DNA of 64,000 nucleotides from Halobacteriaceae archaeon (GTDB taxonomy: Archaea > Halobacteriota > Halobacteria > Halobacteriales > Halobacteriaceae). The stretch covers positions 96,707-160,706 of the forward strand of contig JBDGTS010000008.1 of the NCBI GenBank assembly GCA_042216675.1, given 5' to 3'. Shown here piece by piece: positions 21,890-32,247 of the stretch (position 1 is its first letter; each line of letters opens with the position of its first letter). The position numbers were made by a program, and so were the translations under genes. A model generated the notes under the pieces. That model saw only the letters and a program-made list of their open reading frames with translations. It was not told the DNA's origin and did not search any database.

Positions 21890-22109
21890 CGCCCTTTTAT
21901 ACATTCGGCCCGTCGTCTGAACGTCGTATATCCGTCTGACGCGGCGTTCATCCCGCCGCTTTCTTGCACTTTCACTTTCACCGCGCTTCCCGCGGGTTTA
22001 AGTTGGTCCGTCCGATAGATGAAGATGCGGTTACACGCGTTTCCCCCTTTCCGGCGTCCCCCGCCGGACCTCCCTCATCCTTACCACAGCGCCGCCCCTA
22101 GCCGCGGAT

Positions 22110-23321
22110 ATGCTCGACATCGAGGCCGTTCGCGCGGCCCGGGACCGAATCGGGGACGTGGCGCGACACACGCCCCTCGACCGCTCGCAGACGTTCTCCG
22201 AGGCGACGGGCGCGGACGTCCACATGAAAATGGAGGTGTTCCAGCGCACCGGCGCGTTCAAGATTCGCGGCGCGGCGAACCGCATCCGCACGCTCTCGCC
22301 CGAAGAGCGCGAGGCGGGCGTCGTCACCGCCAGCGCCGGCAACCACGCGCAGGGGGTCGCCCTCGCCGCCTCCCAATCGGGCGTCGAGTCCACCGTCGTC
22401 ATGCCCGAGTTCGCGCCCATCTCGAAGGTGCAGGCCACGGAGGGCTACGGCGCGGAGGTGATTCTCCACGGTGCCGACTACGACGAGGCGTCGGGGTTGG
22501 CCCACGACATCGCCGAGGAGGAGGGGCGCACCTACGTCCACGCCTTCGACGACGAGATGGTGATGGCCGGACAGGGCACCCTCGGTCTCGAAATCGTCGA
22601 GGACCTCCCGGACGTGGACACCGTCGTCGTGCCCATCGGCGGCGGGGGGCTGATAGCGGGCGTCGCCACCGCGGTGAAGGCTCATCGCCCTGAGATTCGC
22701 GTCGTCGGCGTGCAGGCGGAGGGCGCATCGAGCGTCGCTCCCTCGCTGGAGAAGGGGACCCGCATCGTGCGCGACCACGTCGACACCATCGCGGACGGCA
22801 TCGCGACGCGCACGGTGGGCGAGCAGACGTTCGAGGTCATCGAGGACCGCGTCGACGAGGTGGTGACCGTCTCGGACTCCGAAATCGCCATCGCGGTGAT
22901 GCGCCTGCTCGAACGCGGGAAGACGCTCGCGGAGGGCGCGGGCGCGGTTCCGTTGGCGGCGCTTCTGGAGAGCCGCTTCGACTACGCGCCCGGCGAGACA
23001 GTCGTCCCCGTTCTCTCGGGAGGCAACATCGACCTGAACCTCCTGACGACGGTGCTCGTCCGCGGCCTCGTGGAGACGGGGCGCTATCTCCGCATCCGCA
23101 CGGTGTTGCAGGACCGCCCCGGCGCACTGGAGGACTTACTCGACGTCCTCTCGGCGGAGCGTGCGAACATCTACGCCATCCAGCACGACCGCACGTCCCG
23201 CAAAATCGGCCTCGAAGCCGCGGAGGTGGAACTGGACCTCGAAACGCGGGGCCCCGAACACGTCGACAGGCTCATCGCCAGCCTCGAAGACGCCGGCTAC
23301 GAGGTCGACGTTCTCGTGTAG
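22110..23321 (+). CDS. ilvA: Threonine ammonia-lyase with C-terminal ACT domain
   Basis: FQRTGAFKIRGA (PLP Lys), SAGNHAQG, PIGGGGL, SGGNID, DRPGAL. Confidence 0.95.
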   Translation: MLDIEAVRAARDRIGDVARHTPLDRSQTFSEATGADVHMKMEVFQRTGAFKIRGAANRIRTLSPEEREAGVVTASAGNHAQGVALAASQSGVESTVVMPEFAPISKVQATEGYGAEVILHGADYDEASGLAHDIAEEEGRTYVHAFDDEMVMAGQGTLGLEIVEDLPDVDTVVVPIGGGGLIAGVATAVKAHRPEIRVVGVQAEGASSVAPSLEKGTRIVRDHVDTIADGIATRTVGEQTFEVIEDRVDEVVTVSDSEIAIAVMRLLERGKTLAEGAGAVPLAALLESRFDYAPGETVVPVLSGGNIDLNLLTTVLVRGLVETGRYLRIRTVLQDRPGALEDLLDVLSAERANIYAIQHDRTSRKIGLEAAEVELDLETRGPEHVDRLIASLEDAGYEVDVLV

Positions 23322-23352
23322 GTTTAAGCCCACGGCGGCCGACAGTTCGGTC

Positions 23353-23733
23353 GTGAAACGAATCATCGACACGGACATGGCCCCCGCGGCGGTCGGCGCG
23401 TACAGCCAAGCCACCTCCGACGGCGACACGGTGTACACGGCCGGACAGATTCCGATGACGCCGGACGGAACGCTCCTCGACGAGGACCCCATCGAGACAC
23501 AGACCCGCCAGTGTCTAGAGAACGTCGAGGCGATTCTCGACGAGGCTGGCCTCACCACGCAGGACGTGCTGAAGGTGACGGTGTATCTCGACGACATCGA
23601 CGACTTCGCGGCGATGAACGACGCCTACGAGGAGTACTTCCTCGACAATCCGCCGGCCCGGAGCGCCGTCGGCGTCGAGGCACTCCCGAAGGGCGTCGGC
23701 GTCGAAATCGAGGCCGTCGCGTCCGACAAGTGA
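23353..23733 (+). CDS. ridA: RidA-family enamine/imine deaminase
   Basis: APAAVGAYSQA, AGQIP, FAAMNDAY, PARSAV, VEIEAVA; next to ilvA. Confidence 0.92.
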   Translation: MKRIIDTDMAPAAVGAYSQATSDGDTVYTAGQIPMTPDGTLLDEDPIETQTRQCLENVEAILDEAGLTTQDVLKVTVYLDDIDDFAAMNDAYEEYFLDNPPARSAVGVEALPKGVGVEIEAVASDK

Positions 23734-23924
23734 CCCGCCGTCGCCGCGCAGTCGACGCTGCACTCGCGGCGCTGGCGTTTCTGGTCCTCGCGCAGGGCTA
23801 CCGCCTCGTCACCGGCGAGGGGCCGGGGGTTCCGCTCCTCCTCGGCGCCGCCGTCGTCGTCGGCGCCGCGGGCGCGACCCTCGCCGGCGCGTTCGAGCGC
23901 CTGCTACGGAAGAGAAGGGTTTAA
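23730..23924 (+). CDS. Small membrane protein
   Basis: GTGA overlap with the ridA stop; two hydrophobic segments. Confidence 0.55.
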   Translation: MTRRRRAVDAALAALAFLVLAQGYRLVTGEGPGVPLLLGAAVVVGAAGATLAGAFERLLRKRRV

Positions 23925-23951
23925 ACGGCAGACGCGGATACGAACTACTGA

Positions 23952-24033
23952 GCCGGGATGGCTGAACGGTAAAGCGCACGCCTGGAAAGCGTGTCCCCGT
24001 CAGGGGTTCTGGGTTCAAATCCCAGTTCCGGCG
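23952..24033 (+). tRNA. tRNA-Ser (anticodon GGA)
   Basis: Acceptor GCCGGGA/TTCCGGC, anticodon arm CACGC-CTGGAAA-GCGTG, long variable arm, T arm CTGGG-TTCAAAT-CCCAG, discriminator G; TATA TTTAAA near 23920. Confidence 0.97.
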
Positions 24034-24183
24034 CTTCTGCGACGTTCACGAGACACGCTGTGTCTCGTGCGCCAACCAGAACGCGACGCGTTCTGGTGAG
24101 AACGCACGTGAGGAGCGAACACCGTGGGATTTGAGGCACGCGAGACGGAGTCTCGCCATCGGGTTCAAATCCCAGTTCCGGCG
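24034..24183 (+). repeat. 150-bp multi-hairpin element ending in a 23-bp copy of the tRNA 3' end
   Basis: GGGTTCAAATCCCAGTTCCGGCG at 24011-33 and 24161-83; hairpins at 24047-69, 24075-97 and 24140-56. Confidence 0.8.
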
Positions 24184-24249
24184 TCTTCATCACGGATTCC
24201 ACTGCGCTCCCACACCACTGTTTTCACTGGGGCGGTGCTGTGTCGAGAC

Positions 24250-24474
24250 GTGGACAGTCACCCGTCGTGTCGCGGCTACGCCGCGGTGGTCGTCGTCGCC
24301 CTCGCCGTCCTCTGCATGGCAGTGATCGCACTCGGCTTCCTCGTGCCCGATCGGCTCTTCGAGAGCACCGTGGGGCTGGTTGCCTTCTTCACGGCGGGCC
24401 TCCTGATGGTCGCCTGTGCGGTGGTCGCGAATCTGTACGACCTGCGTGCAGTCCTCCACGACGAATTCGGCTGA
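24250..24474 (+). CDS. Small membrane protein
   Basis: Two TM segments; start codon uncertain. Confidence 0.5.
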   Translation: MDSHPSCRGYAAVVVVALAVLCMAVIALGFLVPDRLFESTVGLVAFFTAGLLMVACAVVANLYDLRAVLHDEFG

Positions 24475-24666
24475 TCACCGGCTGGCGGCCCTGAGCCCGA
24501 GATAGTACGCGCCGCCGACGACGACCCCGGTGACGAGCGCTGCGCCCAGCGCCGCGACCGGTCCCGACGAGTAGTTCAGGACGAACGTGACGAGGGCGAC
24601 CACGCCGCCGCCAATCACCGCTTGCCCCCGGAGTGACCGTGCTGACAGCCACGCGTTGAGTCCCAT
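24475..24666 (-). CDS. Small membrane protein
   Basis: MGLNAWLSARSLRGQAVIGGGVV..., two TM segments; abuts the opposite gene. Confidence 0.55.
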   Translation of the reverse strand: MGLNAWLSARSLRGQAVIGGGVVALVTFVLNYSSGPVAALGAALVTGVVVGGAYYLGLRAASR

Positions 24667-24924
24667 GCACCGACGTTCGCGCGCTTCGCCTATGCGTTGG
24701 TCCGCGTGCGGCCGAGTACCTCCGGGCTGAGGCGCGCCGATTGGCGCGAGGAGGCACATAAACGCTCCCGGCCACCGTCCACGTCCATGCCACCGACTGT
24801 CACACTTTCGGGCGGTAGCGGCCCATGTCCTGCGGTTTCGCGCCGTGAGACGGGGACGGCTGACCGCTGGCCAGCGCTCTGGTAGTAAACCTTTATATAG
24901 AAGGACATTCAATCCTCGTCTACG

Positions 24925-26601
24925 ATGTCACAGCAGATGCAAGGCGGTCAGCCCATGGTCATTATGGGCGACGACGCCCAGCGCGTGCAGGACCAGGACG
25001 CGCAGGAGTACAACATCTCCGCGGCCCGAGCCGTCGCCAACGCCGTTCGCTCGACACTCGGCCCGAAGGGGATGGACAAGATGCTCGTCAACAACGTCGG
25101 CGACGTCACCATCACGAACGACGGGGTCACGATTCTTCAGGAGATGGAGATCGACAACCCCACGGCGGAGATGATCGTCGAAGTCGCCGAGACCCAAGAG
25201 GAGGAGGCCGGTGACGGCACGACCACCGCCGTCGCCATCGCGGGTGAACTCCTGAAGAACGCCGAGGACCTCCTCGAACAGGACATCCACCCGACGGCCA
25301 TCATCCGGGGCTTCGATCAGGCCAGCACGAAGGCCCGCGAGGAGATCAACAACGTCGCAGAGCAGGTCGACCCCGACGACGAGGAACTCCTCTGCAAGGT
25401 CGCGGAGACCAGCATGACCGGCAAGGGTGCTGAACTCGACAAGGAGCTTCTGGGCCAGATCATCGTCGAGGCGGTGCAGGGCGTCACCGTCGAACACGAG
25501 GACGGCTCCCGAACGGTGGACGTCGACTCCATCGAAACCGAGACCCAGGAAGGGCGCTCGGTCGACGACTCCGAACTCCTCAACGGCGCGGTCATCAACA
25601 AGGACCCCGTCAGCGAGGCGATGCCGCGGAACTTCGAGGACGCGAACGTGCTCCTCCTCAACGAGGCCCTCGAAGTCGAGGAGACGGAGGTCGACGCCAC
25701 CGTCAGCGTCGACGACCCCGACCAGCTCCAGCAGTTCCTCGACAAGGAGGAGGAGCAGCTCCGCGAGAAGGTCGCGACCATCAAGGAGGCCGGTGCCGAC
25801 GTGGTGTTCTGTCAGAAGGGCACCGACGACATGATCGAGCACTACCTCACGCAGGAGGGCATCCTCACCCTCAGTCGCGTCACGAAGAGCGACGTGCAGT
25901 TCCTCAGTTCGCTCATCGGTGCTGACGTCGTCACCGACCTCGACGCCGTCTCCTCCGAGAACCTCGGCCGCGCCGACGTGACGTGGGACGAGGACGAAGA
26001 GCTGTTCTACGTCGAGAGCACGGACGAGGAGTCCCACGGCGTCACCATCCTGCTCCGTGGCTCCACCGACCACGTCATCGACGAACTCGAACGCGGCATC
26101 GGCGACGCCCTCGACGTCGTCGCCCAGACGGTCACGGACGGTCGCGTCCTGCCCGGCGGCGGCGCCGTCGAAATCGAAGTCGCCGACCGACTCCGCGACT
26201 ACGCCGACTCCGTCGAGGGCCGCGAACAGCTGGCCGTCGAGGCGTTCGCGGACTCGCTCGAACTCGTGCCCCGCGTCCTCGCCGAGAACGCGGGCCTCGA
26301 CCCCATCGACACGCTCGTGGACCTCCGTGCGGCCCACGAGGACGGCGACGAACACGCCGGCCTCGACGTCGAGACGGGCGACATCGTGGACACGTACGCC
26401 GCGGGCGTCGTCGAACCGGCCCACGCGAAGGAGCAGGGCGTCGCCTCCGCACAGGAGGCGGCGAACCTCGTGCTGAAAATCGACGACATCATCTCCGCCG
26501 GTGACCTCTCCACCGAAGGCGAAGAGGAGGAGGGCGGACCCGGCGGTGCAGGCGGCATGGGCGGTATGGGCGGCATGGGTGGCATGGGCGGCGCGATGTA
26601 A
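24925..26601 (+). CDS. thsB: Thermosome (group II chaperonin) subunit, beta-like
   Basis: [33 protein letters not shown]-terminal GGM repeats; strong TATA CTTTATATA at 24891. Confidence 0.95.
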   Translation: MSQQMQGGQPMVIMGDDAQRVQDQDAQEYNISAARAVANAVRSTLGPKGMDKMLVNNVGDVTITNDGVTILQEMEIDNPTAEMIVEVAETQEEEAGDGTTTAVAIAGELLKNAEDLLEQDIHPTAIIRGFDQASTKAREEINNVAEQVDPDDEELLCKVAETSMTGKGAELDKELLGQIIVEAVQGVTVEHEDGSRTVDVDSIETETQEGRSVDDSELLNGAVINKDPVSEAMPRNFEDANVLLLNEALEVEETEVDATVSVDDPDQLQQFLDKEEEQLREKVATIKEAGADVVFCQKGTDDMIEHYLTQEGILTLSRVTKSDVQFLSSLIGADVVTDLDAVSSENLGRADVTWDEDEELFYVESTDEESHGVTILLRGSTDHVIDELERGIGDALDVVAQTVTDGRVLPGGGAVEIEVADRLRDYADSVEGREQLAVEAFADSLELVPRVLAENAGLDPIDTLVDLRAAHEDGDEHAGLDVETGDIVDTYAAGVVEPAHAKEQGVASAQEAANLVLKIDDIISAGDLSTEGEEEEGGPGGAGGMGGMGGMGGMGGAM

Positions 26602-26670
26602 GACCGGCGCTCACCACCTCACGGAGTCCTCACGAAGCGACTGCGACCCGGTTTTCCGCGGTTCGACGCG

Positions 26671-27132
26671 TTACTCCTCGTCGACGTCGAGTTCGAACTG
26701 CTTGTTCTCGACGGCGGCGCTCAACACGACGGAGGTGTTGGACTCGTGGATGTCCGCGTCCGAGAGCAGGGTCTTGATGAGGTCGTTCATGTCGTCGGTG
26801 TCGGTGAACTTCCCGACGGCGATGACGTCGTAGTCGCCGGTAACCTCGTAGACGCTGACCATCTGCTTTTGCTCCTGCAGGCGACTCGTCACCGACGGGA
26901 GCGAGGACCCCTCGACCTTCAACTGGAGGATTGCGGTCACGTCGTACCCCACCTTGTCGTAGTCGAGGATTGGTGAGTAGCCCGTGATGACCCCCTCCTC
27001 TTCGAGGTCGTTGAGGTGGTTCGAGACGGTGGTGACCGACACGTCGAGTTCTTCGGCCAGCGACCGGAGGCTGGCGCGGCCGTCGCCTAACAGCGCGTTG
27101 ATGAGTTTGGCGTCGAGGTTCTCGTACGTCAT
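26671..27132 (-). CDS. lrp: Lrp transcriptional regulator
   Basis: [36 protein letters not shown]; divergent from glnA. Confidence 0.93.
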   Translation of the reverse strand: MTYENLDAKLINALLGDGRASLRSLAEELDVSVTTVSNHLNDLEEEGVITGYSPILDYDKVGYDVTAILQLKVEGSSLPSVTSRLQEQKQMVSVYEVTGDYDVIAVGKFTDTDDMNDLIKTLLSDADIHESNTSVVLSAAVENKQFELDVDEE

Positions 27133-27152
27133 TACACTCACAACCGTCCTCC

Positions 27153-27177
27153 GGACATTAGAATCTAACGAATGTCC
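27153..27177. promoter_or_regulatory. Inverted repeat in the lrp-glnA divergent promoter region
   Basis: GGACATT-N11-AATGTCC with nested TTAGA-A-TCTAA. Confidence 0.5.
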
Positions 27178-27254
27178 AAGACTAATCCACTTGCGTTCCT
27201 AGTTGCGCGAACCGTCATCCCTATATTCCCCGGAAAGAAAAGCGAGACTGTCCG

Positions 27255-28628
27255 ATGACAAACGGCAGTCCACGCACTGACGGCGGTCTCAGCGAGACGG
27301 AACAGGAGGTTCTCGACCAGATCGAGGAGGAAGACGTCGACTTCCTCCGCCTGCAGTTCACCGACATTCTCGGCACGGTGAAGAACGTCGCCATCCCCGC
27401 CGACCAAGCGGAGAAGGCGTTCGAGGAGGGCATCTACTTCGACGGGTCCTCCATCGAGGGCTTCGTCCGCATTCAGGAGTCCGACATGCGTCTCAAGCCC
27501 GACCCCGAGACGTTCGCCATCCTGCCGTGGCGGCAGAGCGAGGCCTCGGCGTCCGCGCGCCTCATCTGTGACGTCATCAACACCTCGACGGGAGAACCGT
27601 TCGAGGGCGACCCACGCCGCGTCCTGAAGAACGTCCTCGACCGCGCCAACGAGATGGGCTACACGGTCAACGCCGCGCCCGAACCCGAGTTCTTCCTGTT
27701 CGAGGAGGACGAGGAGGGCCGCGCGACGACCAAGACGAACGACGCCGGCGGCTACTTCGACCTCGCGCCCAAGGACCTCGCGCAGGACGTGCGCCGCGAC
27801 ATCATCTACGGCCTCGAGGACATGGGCTTCGACATCGAAGCCAGCCACCACGAAGTCGCCGAGGGCCAACACGAGATCAACTTCGAGTACGACGACGCCC
27901 TCACCACGGCCGACAACGTCGGCACCTTCCGCACCGTCGTGCGCGCCATCGCGGCCGAACACGACCTGCACGCGACGTTCATGCCCAAGCCCATCGCCCG
28001 CATCAACGGGTCGGGCATGCACACGCACCTCTCGCTGTTCACCGAGGACGGCGAGAACGCGTTCCACGACGCGGCCGACGAGTTCGACCTCTCGGACACG
28101 GCCCACTCGTTCCTCGCGGGCATCCTCGACCACGCGCCCGCCATCACGGCCGTCTCCAATCCGACCGTGAACTCCTACAAGCGGTTGGTGCCCGGCTACG
28201 AGGCGCCCGTCTTCGTGGCGTGGTCCGACCGGAACCGCTCGGCGCTCATCCGCAAGCCCGCGGCCCGCGTCCCGGCGGCCTCCCGCATCGAGGCCCGCTT
28301 CCCCGACCCGTCGTGTAACCCGTATCTCGCCTTCGCGGCGCTCATCGCCGCCGGCCTCGACGGCATCGAACGCGACCTCGAGTGCCCCGACCCCATCCGG
28401 GAGAACATCTACGAGTTCGACGAGGAGAAGCGCGAGGAGTACGGCATCGAGACGCTCCCCGGCAACCTCGGCGAGGCCGTCGACGCCCTCGAACAGGACG
28501 AGGTCATTCAGGACGCCCTCGGCGAGCACGTCTACCCCAAGTTCGTGGAGGCCAAGCGCGCGGAGCACACGGAGTACCGCGTGCAGGTCAGCGAGTGGGA
28601 GAAGGAGAAGTACCTCGAGAAGTTCTGA
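27255..28628 (+). CDS. glnA: Type I glutamine synthetase
   Basis: [53 protein letters not shown]. Confidence 0.98.
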   Translation: MTNGSPRTDGGLSETEQEVLDQIEEEDVDFLRLQFTDILGTVKNVAIPADQAEKAFEEGIYFDGSSIEGFVRIQESDMRLKPDPETFAILPWRQSEASASARLICDVINTSTGEPFEGDPRRVLKNVLDRANEMGYTVNAAPEPEFFLFEEDEEGRATTKTNDAGGYFDLAPKDLAQDVRRDIIYGLEDMGFDIEASHHEVAEGQHEINFEYDDALTTADNVGTFRTVVRAIAAEHDLHATFMPKPIARINGSGMHTHLSLFTEDGENAFHDAADEFDLSDTAHSFLAGILDHAPAITAVSNPTVNSYKRLVPGYEAPVFVAWSDRNRSALIRKPAARVPAASRIEARFPDPSCNPYLAFAALIAAGLDGIERDLECPDPIRENIYEFDEEKREEYGIETLPGNLGEAVDALEQDEVIQDALGEHVYPKFVEAKRAEHTEYRVQVSEWEKEKYLEKF

Positions 28629-29424
28629 GCGCGGGGAGCCCCACGACCCCCGCTCCGAGCCCGATATTTATCGCGACTGTCATCGGGAGCGGCGGCGTCA
28701 GCGCCAGCGTTCCGACGGCGGCGCCGACGAAACCGACGCCTCCAACTGCGATAGCGCCCAGCGACGGTGCCGCGGCGTCGAGGCCGTCGAGCGCACGCCA
28801 CGCGGCCGTCGCGCCCGCCGCGCCCGCCGCGGCCATCGTCGTCTCCGTCGTGACGCCCGCGGCGGCGACGGCGCCGAGACCCACGACTGTCGCCAGCGCG
28901 AACCCCCGTGCCGGGTCCGGGCGTGCGATCCACAGCACCGCGGCGACGGCGGCCAGCCCCACCGCCGCGCCGACCACGACGTCCACGAGGTAGTGGACGC
29001 CGAGGACCAGACGCGTCAGTGCCACCAGTCCGATGAGGCCGGCCGCCCCGACGGCGCGGGTTCGGCGCGACCAGCGGTCGAGGACCATCGCCACCCCGCC
29101 GTACAGCGTCGCGGCCGCGGTGGCGTGCCCGCTCGGGAAGCCCGCGCCGTCCTCGGGAATCCGGTGGAGGGTCGTCGGGGGGCGCGGGAGACCGAACCCG
29201 CCTTTCAGCAGGAGCGCCAGCGCCAGCGTCGCAAAGCCGGCCGCCAGCAACGCGGCGGCGTCGCGCGACGTGAGCAGGCCGCTCCGGGGGCCGAGCCAGT
29301 ACACCCCCACCAGCGCCACCAGCACTACCAGCGGGTCGCCGAGGTGCGTCAGCGCGACGACGAGCGGCGTCAGTGCGTCGGGGACGAGCGCCTGTGCGCC
29401 GCCGAGTGCGCCGACCCCCCTCAT
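28588..29424 (-). CDS. PAP2-family membrane phosphatase
   Basis: K-x5-[21 protein letters not shown]. Confidence 0.85.
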   Translation of the reverse strand: MRGVGALGGAQALVPDALTPLVVALTHLGDPLVVLVALVGVYWLGPRSGLLTSRDAAALLAAGFATLALALLLKGGFGLPRPPTTLHRIPEDGAGFPSGHATAAATLYGGVAMVLDRWSRRTRAVGAAGLIGLVALTRLVLGVHYLVDVVVGAAVGLAAVAAVLWIARPDPARGFALATVVGLGAVAAAGVTTETTMAAAGAAGATAAWRALDGLDAAAPSLGAIAVGGVGFVGAAVGTLALTPPLPMTVAINIGLGAGVVGLPALRTSRGTSPSPTR

Positions 29425-30602
29425 GAGCGGCGGGCCCGCACCCAGTCGAGCACGCGCCCCGGAAGCCCGGTGGCGGCGAGGCCCGCACCGACGAGGAGCA
29501 TCAGCGCGTAGAGGCCCAGCGTCGAGAGCCACACCACCAACATCGCGAGAATCGCCCACCCGCCGTCGAGGTAGGAGAACGCCCCGACGGTCATCGCGGT
29601 GCCGTAGGCCAACACGAGATACGGCCCCCAGCCCCGGGCGTGGCCCCGGCGCATCCGCCCCCGGACGTAGCGTTTCAGGTCCGCTTCGAGGGTCGAACGG
29701 TCCACAGTCTTCTCGTCGAGGCGCGTCCGCAGGCGCTCGACCTCGCGTTCGAGTGCGGTGATGTCCGGCGCCGGGCCATCGACGTCCTCGGCGTCAGTCT
29801 CTGTCTCCGTCTCTCCGTCTGCGTCGGTTCGTCCGGCCAGCACGGCGTTGAGTACCCCCCCGAGGATGATAATGATGCTGGCGAGATACAGCCACGTCAC
29901 GAGCAACAGCGCCGCGCCGAGGACCCCGTACAGCGCGAACCCGCCGACGTTGCTCGCGTAGAGGCCGAACGTGGCGGTCAAAGCGGTCCAGCCGACGGCC
30001 GCGAACACCGTCCCCGGAAGCACCTCGCGGGCGTCGACGTCTACGTCCGGAAACACGTAGAACATCGGGAAGAAGGCGACCGTAAGCGCCGCGACGAGCG
30101 GGAGCGGCGACAGCACGTCCGGCAGGTAGTGCATCGCGGGCGCGACCCCTCCGACGACGACGGCGGCGACGGCGGCGAGGCCGATGGCGCTCAGCACCGT
30201 CGCGGCGTCGAGCAGCTGTCGGCCCAGCGACTTGTGCGCCTCGACGCCGTACACCTGGGAGAACGCCGCGTCGAGGCCGCGGAACAGGCGCAAGCCACCC
30301 CACGCGAGGACGACGACGCTCACGATGCCGACGCCGGTCCGCCCGTCCGCGTTCAGGATGGCGTCGCGGAGCAGTTGTTCGCCGCTCGGTGCGAGTGCGC
30401 CCCCGGCCGTCTCGACGGCGTAGGTGGCGAGTTCGTCGCCGAACAGCGCCGACCCGACGGCCAGCGACACGAGGAACAGGGGGACCAGCGACACGAACGC
30501 GTAGTAGGCGACGGCGGCCGCGAGAAACGTCAGCCGCGAGTCGCGGACGGCGCGGAGGAGGGCCCGCGCCGCGACCCGGCCGCGCGCGACGGTCTGAGAC
30601 AT
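29421..30602 (-). CDS. YihY/virulence factor BrkB family membrane protein
   Basis: LAAAVAYYAFVSLVP, LYGVLGAALLLVTWLY...GGVLNA. Confidence 0.88.
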   Translation of the reverse strand: MSQTVARGRVAARALLRAVRDSRLTFLAAAVAYYAFVSLVPLFLVSLAVGSALFGDELATYAVETAGGALAPSGEQLLRDAILNADGRTGVGIVSVVVLAWGGLRLFRGLDAAFSQVYGVEAHKSLGRQLLDAATVLSAIGLAAVAAVVVGGVAPAMHYLPDVLSPLPLVAALTVAFFPMFYVFPDVDVDAREVLPGTVFAAVGWTALTATFGLYASNVGGFALYGVLGAALLLVTWLYLASIIIILGGVLNAVLAGRTDADGETETETDAEDVDGPAPDITALEREVERLRTRLDEKTVDRSTLEADLKRYVRGRMRRGHARGWGPYLVLAYGTAMTVGAFSYLDGGWAILAMLVVWLSTLGLYALMLLVGAGLAATGLPGRVLDWVRARRS

Positions 30603-30635
30603 GGGCGTGGCTTCGTGACTGCGACCCTTAAAACG

Positions 30636-31748
30636 TCAGTCAGTCGTCGCGGCCTCGATGTCGGTCACGTCGGCGTCCGTCTTGAACGTCGTGCCGCCGA
30701 AGTGCGCCCGCGAGGCCGCGTGGCCCGCGTCCCGGAGCGAGTCGAGGAACTCGTCCATCGGCCCGGCGGTGACGCCCCACCGCTTCGCGAGGCGGTGCTG
30801 GTCGTAGTGTGTCGGTTCGTGAATCTCGCCCGCGATGCGTTCGAGGAGGCTGTCGGCCCGACTGGCGGCCCCCATCTCGGCCGAGAGTTCGCCCCGCGTC
30901 GCCGCCACGAAGTCGGCGTCGTGCGCGGGGCCGAGCCACAGGGGGCCGGCGTGGACGACGTGGTCGCTCCCGCAGGCCCCACACGTCTCGGGCAGGTCGG
31001 CGATGAGGCCCGGATCCGTCGTGCGCCACAGGCACTCCGGGCAGTGCGCGAGGTGGCCCAGTTCGTCGACGGCGTCGTTGGCGGGCGTCGCGCCGTGGTC
31101 GAGTTCGAGGTAGGTCCGCACGTAGTGGTCGCTGACGTGGCTCAGGATGGGGACGACGCCAGCGTCGTAGCGGGCCGCCGTCCGCGCGAGGGCGCCGAGC
31201 AGGATGCGGAGCCCCATCTCGGCGTGGTACTCGGTGTTCCGGGGGACCGCGCTGTACGAGCGGACGCCGCTCTCGAAGTGGGCGCCACACAGCGGCGCAG
31301 TGTCGGTGGCAGTCACACAGACGAGGTTCCGCGCGTTCGCGAACGCGGCGTCGGCGAAGGGGATGGGCGTCCCGAACGGGTCGAGGTCCACCACGTCGAA
31401 CACCCTGTCGCCGTCGTGGAGGAGGCTGTTCGCGTCCCGGTGGACCACCTCGGCGTCGAGGCCGTTCCGGTCGCGGTTCTCGCGGCAGAGGGCCACCGCG
31501 TCCGCGCTCACGTCGGCCATCGTCGTCTCCCACCCTTCGTTCGCGGCGCGGACGCCGCGCACGCCCGAGGCGGCCGTCGCGTCGAGGTACGTCTCCGCGC
31601 GGTCCTCACGCGTTCGGTAGGCGCGAAGCGCCGCCACCGTCACGTCGCGGTTGAGTTCCATCCGCGGATTGAAGAAGACGGACTCGCCGACGCCCGCGTC
31701 CGCCTGTTCGGGGACTTCCACCTCGACGTCGCCCTCCCGGACCAACAT
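30636..31748 (-). CDS. trm1: tRNA (guanine(26)-N2)-dimethyltransferase
   Basis: [51 protein letters not shown]. Confidence 0.95.
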   Translation of the reverse strand: MLVREGDVEVEVPEQADAGVGESVFFNPRMELNRDVTVAALRAYRTREDRAETYLDATAASGVRGVRAANEGWETTMADVSADAVALCRENRDRNGLDAEVVHRDANSLLHDGDRVFDVVDLDPFGTPIPFADAAFANARNLVCVTATDTAPLCGAHFESGVRSYSAVPRNTEYHAEMGLRILLGALARTAARYDAGVVPILSHVSDHYVRTYLELDHGATPANDAVDELGHLAHCPECLWRTTDPGLIADLPETCGACGSDHVVHAGPLWLGPAHDADFVAATRGELSAEMGAASRADSLLERIAGEIHEPTHYDQHRLAKRWGVTAGPMDEFLDSLRDAGHAASRAHFGGTTFKTDADVTDIEAATTD

Positions 31749-31836
31749 GGTCCCCAATCGGGGAGCGGCGGGGGTAAACCCACCGTTGTGCCACGACCGA
31801 ACGGGTTTTACTGCCCCCGGCCGAAGCGGGAACTCC

Positions 31837-32184
31837 GTGAACGCCGTCGAGGAGTGGCAGGCCGCGTTGGACGCCGACGGTGAGCTATCGCGCTCGGTGG
31901 TCGAGCGCATCCTCGCGGTCCACGGCGACCGCGGCGCGCAGGCCATCGAGGCGGTCCACGAGGACCGCGTGAAGGCGTACAACGACTTCATCGTCGTCGT
32001 CGGCCACGAGGACGAGTACGTGGTCGAGGAGGGGGCCTGCACCTGCAAGGACTCCCAGTACAACCTCGACCCCGACGACCCCACCGAGAAGTGCTGGCAC
32101 GCCATCGCCGCGGCCATCGCCCGCCGGACGGACGCCACCGACGACCACGACATGTGGTACTCGGAGGTTCGGGACTTCCTCTGA
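31837..32184 (+). CDS. SWIM zinc-finger protein
   Basis: CTCKD...CWH SWIM motif. Confidence 0.82.
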   Translation: MNAVEEWQAALDADGELSRSVVERILAVHGDRGAQAIEAVHEDRVKAYNDFIVVVGHEDEYVVEEGACTCKDSQYNLDPDDPTEKCWHAIAAAIARRTDATDDHDMWYSEVRDFL

Positions 32185-32188
32185 CTCG

Positions 32189-32206
32189 GTGAAAGCGCGC
32201 TTTCAC
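32189..32206. promoter_or_regulatory. Perfect 18-bp palindrome upstream of a TATA box
   Basis: GTGAAAGCGCGCTTTCAC about 10 nt upstream of TTTAAAT (32216). Confidence 0.5.
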
Positions 32207-32247
32207 TCTCCACCGTTTAAATGCACCTCGCGGACCTCGGCTCAGGT

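Noticed and set aside
22019-22693. 224-aa ORF overlapping ilvA out of frame
   Set aside because: Arg/Gly-rich shadow composition; only its 5' end may matter as part of the leader
24011-24183. tRNA 3' duplication as provirus or genomic island att sites
   Set aside because: The repeats are only 150 bp apart, no further copy was seen, and there are no integrase or viral genes; kept as a mini-element finding
26540-26598. Tandem GGCGGCATG-like repeats
   Set aside because: Encode the ordinary GGM chaperonin tail
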